64,000 nucleotides of DNA from Streptococcus mitis (GTDB lineage Bacteria; Bacillota; Bacilli; Lactobacillales; Streptococcaceae): assembly GCA_001914195.1 (NCBI GenBank), contig MKYF01000001.1:46595-110594 (forward strand). The letters are read 5' to 3'. Below the pieces are notes generated by a model. That model saw nothing but the letters and a program-made list of their open reading frames with translations, was not told the DNA's origin and made no database searches. The translations under genes and the position numbers were made by a program. Shown here in pieces: positions 60,433-64,000 of the stretch; within the stretch, counting starts at the first letter, position 1; the number at the start of each line of letters is the position of its first letter.

Positions 60433-61409
60433 ATAATTTTGTGGGCGATTAACTGACGGTAACAAATTTGTTTATTGCTCTTAGCGTCGTTGATAATCTG
60501 AAGAATCGTTTCAAATGATGTTCGACCAAGTTCTAGGCTATTAATATCGACATAGGCCGCCAAGTTGAGCTTGGGATTGACTGAGTCGAAGCTGAGAACA
60601 GGGACATCCAGCTGGTGCTTAGCGATGTAGTCACAGACCCCTTCAGCTAGGAGGCTATCAGTTGTGATGATAGCATCAATCATAGGATCATGTTTAAATA
60701 AACGCTTACTGAATTGATAACCTTTTTCTTCTAGAAATTCGTTCGCAAAATAGGTCAAGTTACTATCAAGAGGCAGTTGATACTGTTTGAGTGCTGACTC
60801 ATAGCCTGTTAAACGGTCTTGTGTTACGAAGAGTCTCTTAGTACCTCCAATAAAGGCAATTCGTTTGCAGCCTTTTTTGATGAAATATTCAGTCGCATCA
60901 AAGCCAGCTTGAACGTTGTCATTATCGACAAGTGGAATGAAGGGGGACAGAGATTTTCCGAGGATGAGGAAGGGGAACTGCTCATCAGCCACCAGTTTGA
61001 CTAAAGGATCTTCCTCTTCGGCATAAAGGAAAATTAAACCGTCTACACGTTTACCATAGACCATTTGTGAGATGGCAGTAAGACGCTCCTTCTCATCTTT
61101 CCCTGTTGCTATCTGAATGGCATAGTGGTTTTCAGATGCGACTTGAGAGATGCCACGTAGGACTGATGGAAAGAAAGGATTTTGATAGAAGGCATCTGAG
61201 TCGTCAGGAAGGACCAAGCCGATAACTTGGGTATAACTGCTTACCAAACTACGAGCGTTGAGGTTGGGGTGGTAATTGAGCTCCTTCATAGCCTTGCGAA
61301 CGCGTTTTTTAGTTTCGTCGCTAATGGTTGATTTATTTTGAATAACACGGGTTACGGTTGAAGGCGAAACACCAGCAGCCTTGGCCACGTCTTTAATCGT
61401 AACGGGCAT
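60423..61409 (-). CDS. malR: LacI-family transcriptional repressor (maltose operon regulator-like)
   Basis: 328 aa. The N-terminal HTH is VTIKDVAKAAGVSPSTVTRVIQN. It sits next to malA-malD-malC, as in pneumococcus. Confidence 0.7.
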   Translation of the reverse strand: MPVTIKDVAKAAGVSPSTVTRVIQNKSTISDETKKRVRKAMKELNYHPNLNARSLVSSYTQVIGLVLPDDSDAFYQNPFFPSVLRGISQVASENHYAIQIATGKDEKERLTAISQMVYGKRVDGLIFLYAEEEDPLVKLVADEQFPFLILGKSLSPFIPLVDNDNVQAGFDATEYFIKKGCKRIAFIGGTKRLFVTQDRLTGYESALKQYQLPLDSNLTYFANEFLEEKGYQFSKRLFKHDPMIDAIITTDSLLAEGVCDYIAKHQLDVPVLSFDSVNPKLNLAAYVDINSLELGRTSFETILQIINDAKSNKQICYRQLIAHKIIEK

Positions 61410-61418
61410 AAAAATCTC

Positions 61419-62219
61419 CTATTTATGGTAATCTGGATCACGGAAATGCGTTTTATAAAAGATAGTGACCAGATAAAGGACAAAAAGAATGTTTTGTACA
61501 GTGATGAGGTTTGACATATTTTGGCCAAACAATCCCAAAATAAGCGTAATCAGAGTCGGCAATCCTAAACAGTTCAAGATAAAATGGTAGCACTCTTTAA
61601 AGGTTTTAAATGAAAAGAGGCGTGATTTCTTAGTGATATAAAGGAGAAGACTAGCCCCTAGAGAGACGATAAAGAAATTCAAACCAAAGAGGAAGCTGGC
61701 ACCGAGAACTAGGAAGAGACTGATATAGACACGATTTTGTTGGTACCAGTCTTTAGAAATTGCTTGGGTCAAGCTATCTTTACTTTTGAAACTCTCAGTC
61801 TCAATCGCCCGGTAAGAGACACGGGTCAGTTCTTTACTTTCCTTGCTGATGACGAGCTCATTCGTATCGAAATGCAGTTGCAAGTCCTTAGGTAATTCCT
61901 TGCTTTGACTTGGACCGATCACAATAGAAGGCGCTTGACTAGTTGTTCCAGTATAAGTTAATTTGCCATCAACAATTCTAGCATGTTCAGAGAGATTCTG
62001 AACCACCTCATCTGTCAATGGTTCATAGACATTATCGATAAAGGTTTCTAGCGGATAAGTCTCCTGTGAGCTGTTTTGGATGGCAATAGGTACCATAGAT
62101 AAGCTGATAAGGAAGATACTGGTAAAGAGAAGTTGGAACCAGTTGAGTCCGAAACGTTTGGACAGGGGCTTACGAAATCCCCAAATACTTGAAAAATAGG
62201 AAAATGGATATGGAAGCAT
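61419..62219 (-). CDS. malA: Maltodextrose-utilisation membrane protein MalA-like
   Basis: 266 aa. It is a membrane protein between malR and the mal permeases. The assignment rests on synteny. Confidence 0.5.
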   Translation of the reverse strand: MLPYPFSYFSSIWGFRKPLSKRFGLNWFQLLFTSIFLISLSMVPIAIQNSSQETYPLETFIDNVYEPLTDEVVQNLSEHARIVDGKLTYTGTTSQAPSIVIGPSQSKELPKDLQLHFDTNELVISKESKELTRVSYRAIETESFKSKDSLTQAISKDWYQQNRVYISLFLVLGASFLFGLNFFIVSLGASLLLYITKKSRLFSFKTFKECYHFILNCLGLPTLITLILGLFGQNMSNLITVQNILFVLYLVTIFYKTHFRDPDYHK

Positions 62220-62339
62220 AGGTATCTTTCTAAAAGGTGTTTTCTATATGAGTATTATTATATAGAGAAATGCGCTTTATTTCAAGTCTAGGAGAAAAAT
62301 TGCTTGTTACAAGGATGTTATTTACAGTAACAATCGCTA

Positions 62340-62486
62340 ATACTCAATGAAAATCAAAGAGCAAACTAGGAAGCTAGCCGCAGGTTGCTCAAAGCATTGC
62401 TTTGAGGTTGTGGATAGAACTGACGAAGTCAGCTCAAAACACTGTTTTGAGGTTGCAGATGGAAGCTGACGTGGTTTGAAGAGTAT
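62340..62486 (-). repeat. BOX element (reverse orientation)
   Basis: tactcaatgaaaatcaaagagcaaactagg ... gaagagtat. Confidence 0.85.
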
Positions 62487-62513
62487 AAAATGAAAAAGGG
62501 TGGCGGGGATATA

Positions 62514-63357
62514 TTATCCCTTGTCGCCACCACTTGTAAGTCCTGAAACAAAGTTCTTTTGTAGGAAGAAGAAGAGAATACAGATTGGAAGGGCGATGAG
62601 GATAGCACCTGCTGAGAAGTAGGCGATCTTCATGTTTTTCACATTGCTAACGAAGGTTTGGAGACCTACGGCAACAGTAAAGTATTCTTTCTCACGAAGC
62701 AAGAAACTAGAGAGGATGTAGTCTCCAAAAGGTCCCATGAAGGCCCAGAGAGCTTGTACGGCAACCATTGGGCGAACAAGTGGAAGAACAATTTGCCAGA
62801 AGCGGCGGAAGTGTCCTGCACCGTCTAGTTTTGCAGATTCGTCTAGAGACATTGGCACTGTATCGAAGTAGCCCTTCATGAGCCAAGCATTCATTGGGAT
62901 ACCACCACCAACGTAGAGGAAGATGAGGAACCAGCTGTGGTTAAGGGCGTTCAACATAAGTGCCATAACGAAGAAGGCTGTCAAAGCGGCCATGGTTGGC
63001 ACCATTTGGATAATCAAGAAGAAGACCAAACTTTGTTTACGAGCCAAGAAGTTGTAACGGCTGTAGGCATAACCAGCAAGTACGATGATACTTGTTTGAA
63101 CAACCATGGTAATCAAGGCGATAATCAAAGTGTTGAGGTACCAAGTACCGTACAAGGTTTCAGTGAAGAGGCCTTTAAAGTTATCAAAATTGAGGTCGAT
63201 ATTAGTATCTAGTTTAAAGGCTGAGACGTTACCTGCTTTAAAGGCTGACATGATGGTAATCAAAAGTGGATAGATAATCACGATTGATAGGCCAATTAAG
63301 TAGAGGTAAGTAAGGGTTTGAGTCAGTCTACGTTTGAGTTTAATTGAGTTATTCATC
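62514..63357 (-). CDS. malD: Maltodextrin ABC transporter permease (MalG-type)
   Basis: The likely start is ATG at about 63357 ([10 protein letters not shown]...), with GGAGG 9 nt upstream. The ORF track extends to 63401 via TTG. It has the EAA-like ABC permease loop. Confidence 0.8.
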
Positions 63358-64000
63358 TTAGACATCCTCCATATCAAATGCGTGTAGTTTCTTGAATGCA
63401 ATCATAGAGATTGAGATGACAATGATAGAGATAATCAAGGTAACAGCTGCCGCCATTGAGTATTGAGGAGATGTACCTGTTGTCAAACGGTAAATCCATG
63501 AGATTAAGATATCGGTTGAACCAGCTCCACCACCGACACTACCAGGACCTCCACCATTGAAGAGGTACATGATAGAGAAGTTGTTAAAGTTGAAGGTGTA
63601 TTGGCTAATCAAAGTAGGTGCCGCAACAGCCAAGATCATTGGGAAAGTGATGTTGCGGAATTTTTGCCAAGCATTAGCACCGTCAATATAAGCTGCTTCG
63701 TAAAGGTCGTTAGGAATAGATTGCAAGATACCCAAGGTCAAAACGTAGATGTATGGGAATCCAAGCCAACCTTGCATCATAATCAAGGCAATCTTAGTCC
63801 AAGTTGGGTCTGTTTTCCAAGGGATAAGAGCCCCATCAAGGAAAGGAAGGAATTTAGCAAAGATCGGCAAGACTTGAGTGTTGATAGCTCCGACACTATC
63901 GTTAAACATGTTTGAGAATGTCAAGATAGTGATGAAGGCTGGGACAGCCCAAGGAAGAAGGAAAATAACACCAAAGATACGTTTTCCTTTGATAAATGGT
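63358..64000 (-). CDS. malC: Maltodextrin ABC transporter permease (MalF-type), 3' part only; the gene continues beyond the window end
   Basis: ABC permease C-terminal region (...[16 protein letters not shown]...). The start is not in the window. Confidence 0.8.
   Translation of the reverse strand, partial: PFIKGKRIFGVIFLLPWAVPAFITILTFSNMFNDSVGAINTQVLPIFAKFLPFLDGALIPWKTDPTWTKIALIMMQGWLGFPYIYVLTLGILQSIPNDLYEAAYIDGANAWQKFRNITFPMILAVAAPTLISQYTFNFNNFSIMYLFNGGGPGSVGGGAGSTDILISWIYRLTTGTSPQYSMAAAVTLIISIIVISISMIAFKKLHAFDMEDV

Overview
This window looks like a Streptococcus mitis-group (pneumococcus-like) chromosome segment. I base that on seven copies of the BOX interspersed repeat, SPRITE-like terminator hairpins, a YSIRK/LPXTG surface protein with SSURE-type repeats, and gene content and order resembling S. 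pneumoniae (purB, the bgaC operon with mannose-family PTS genes plus agaS and galM, TCS08, rpsD, and on the other side rpmG-rpmF-ilvD, hisS, aspS, malR-malA-malD-malC). No rRNA, tRNA or CRISPR array was found.

Two core-genome flanks (1-27.2 kb and 46.7-64 kb) surround a roughly 19.5-kb AT-rich accessory region (27.2-46.7 kb) sitting between the 3' ends of rpsD and rpmG. That region appears to be a tandem accretion of integrative elements.

- **Degraded island (27.3-36.2 kb):** it begins with a tyrosine-integrase remnant. It carries a tightly packed four-gene operon of unknown function (a membrane-anchored coiled-coil protein, two small proteins, and a two-domain classical AAA+ ATPase), which is the best candidate here for an undescribed conflict or defence system. 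It also holds nonsense-inactivated thioredoxin-like and arsC genes, an AbiLi/AbiLii (RloB) abortive-infection pair, and an orphan IS3 orfA.
- **Intact integrative mobilizable element (IME), about 36.22-46.66 kb:** it is bounded by paired 'aaatgtagaga' direct repeats. It encodes int, xis, a Rep_2 HUH initiator fused to a P-loop NTPase, an FtsK-like coupling protein and a DUF961-like protein, with an origin-like iteron and hairpin region. Its cargo includes a CAP-domain LPXTG surface protein whose promoter carries a G9 tract in a 19-nt spacer, which makes it a phase-variation candidate, and a highly structured roughly 190-nt promoter-to-terminator unit.

In the core flanks, a CsoR/CstR-like repressor is paired with a rhodanese, CoA-disulfide-reductase-rhodanese, rhodanese operon that carries a perfect 9-bp palindromic operator over its promoter. 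There is also a maltose O-acetyltransferase gene interrupted by an in-frame TGA, and an XRE-ABC-CPBP membrane-protein cluster with a palindromic operator.
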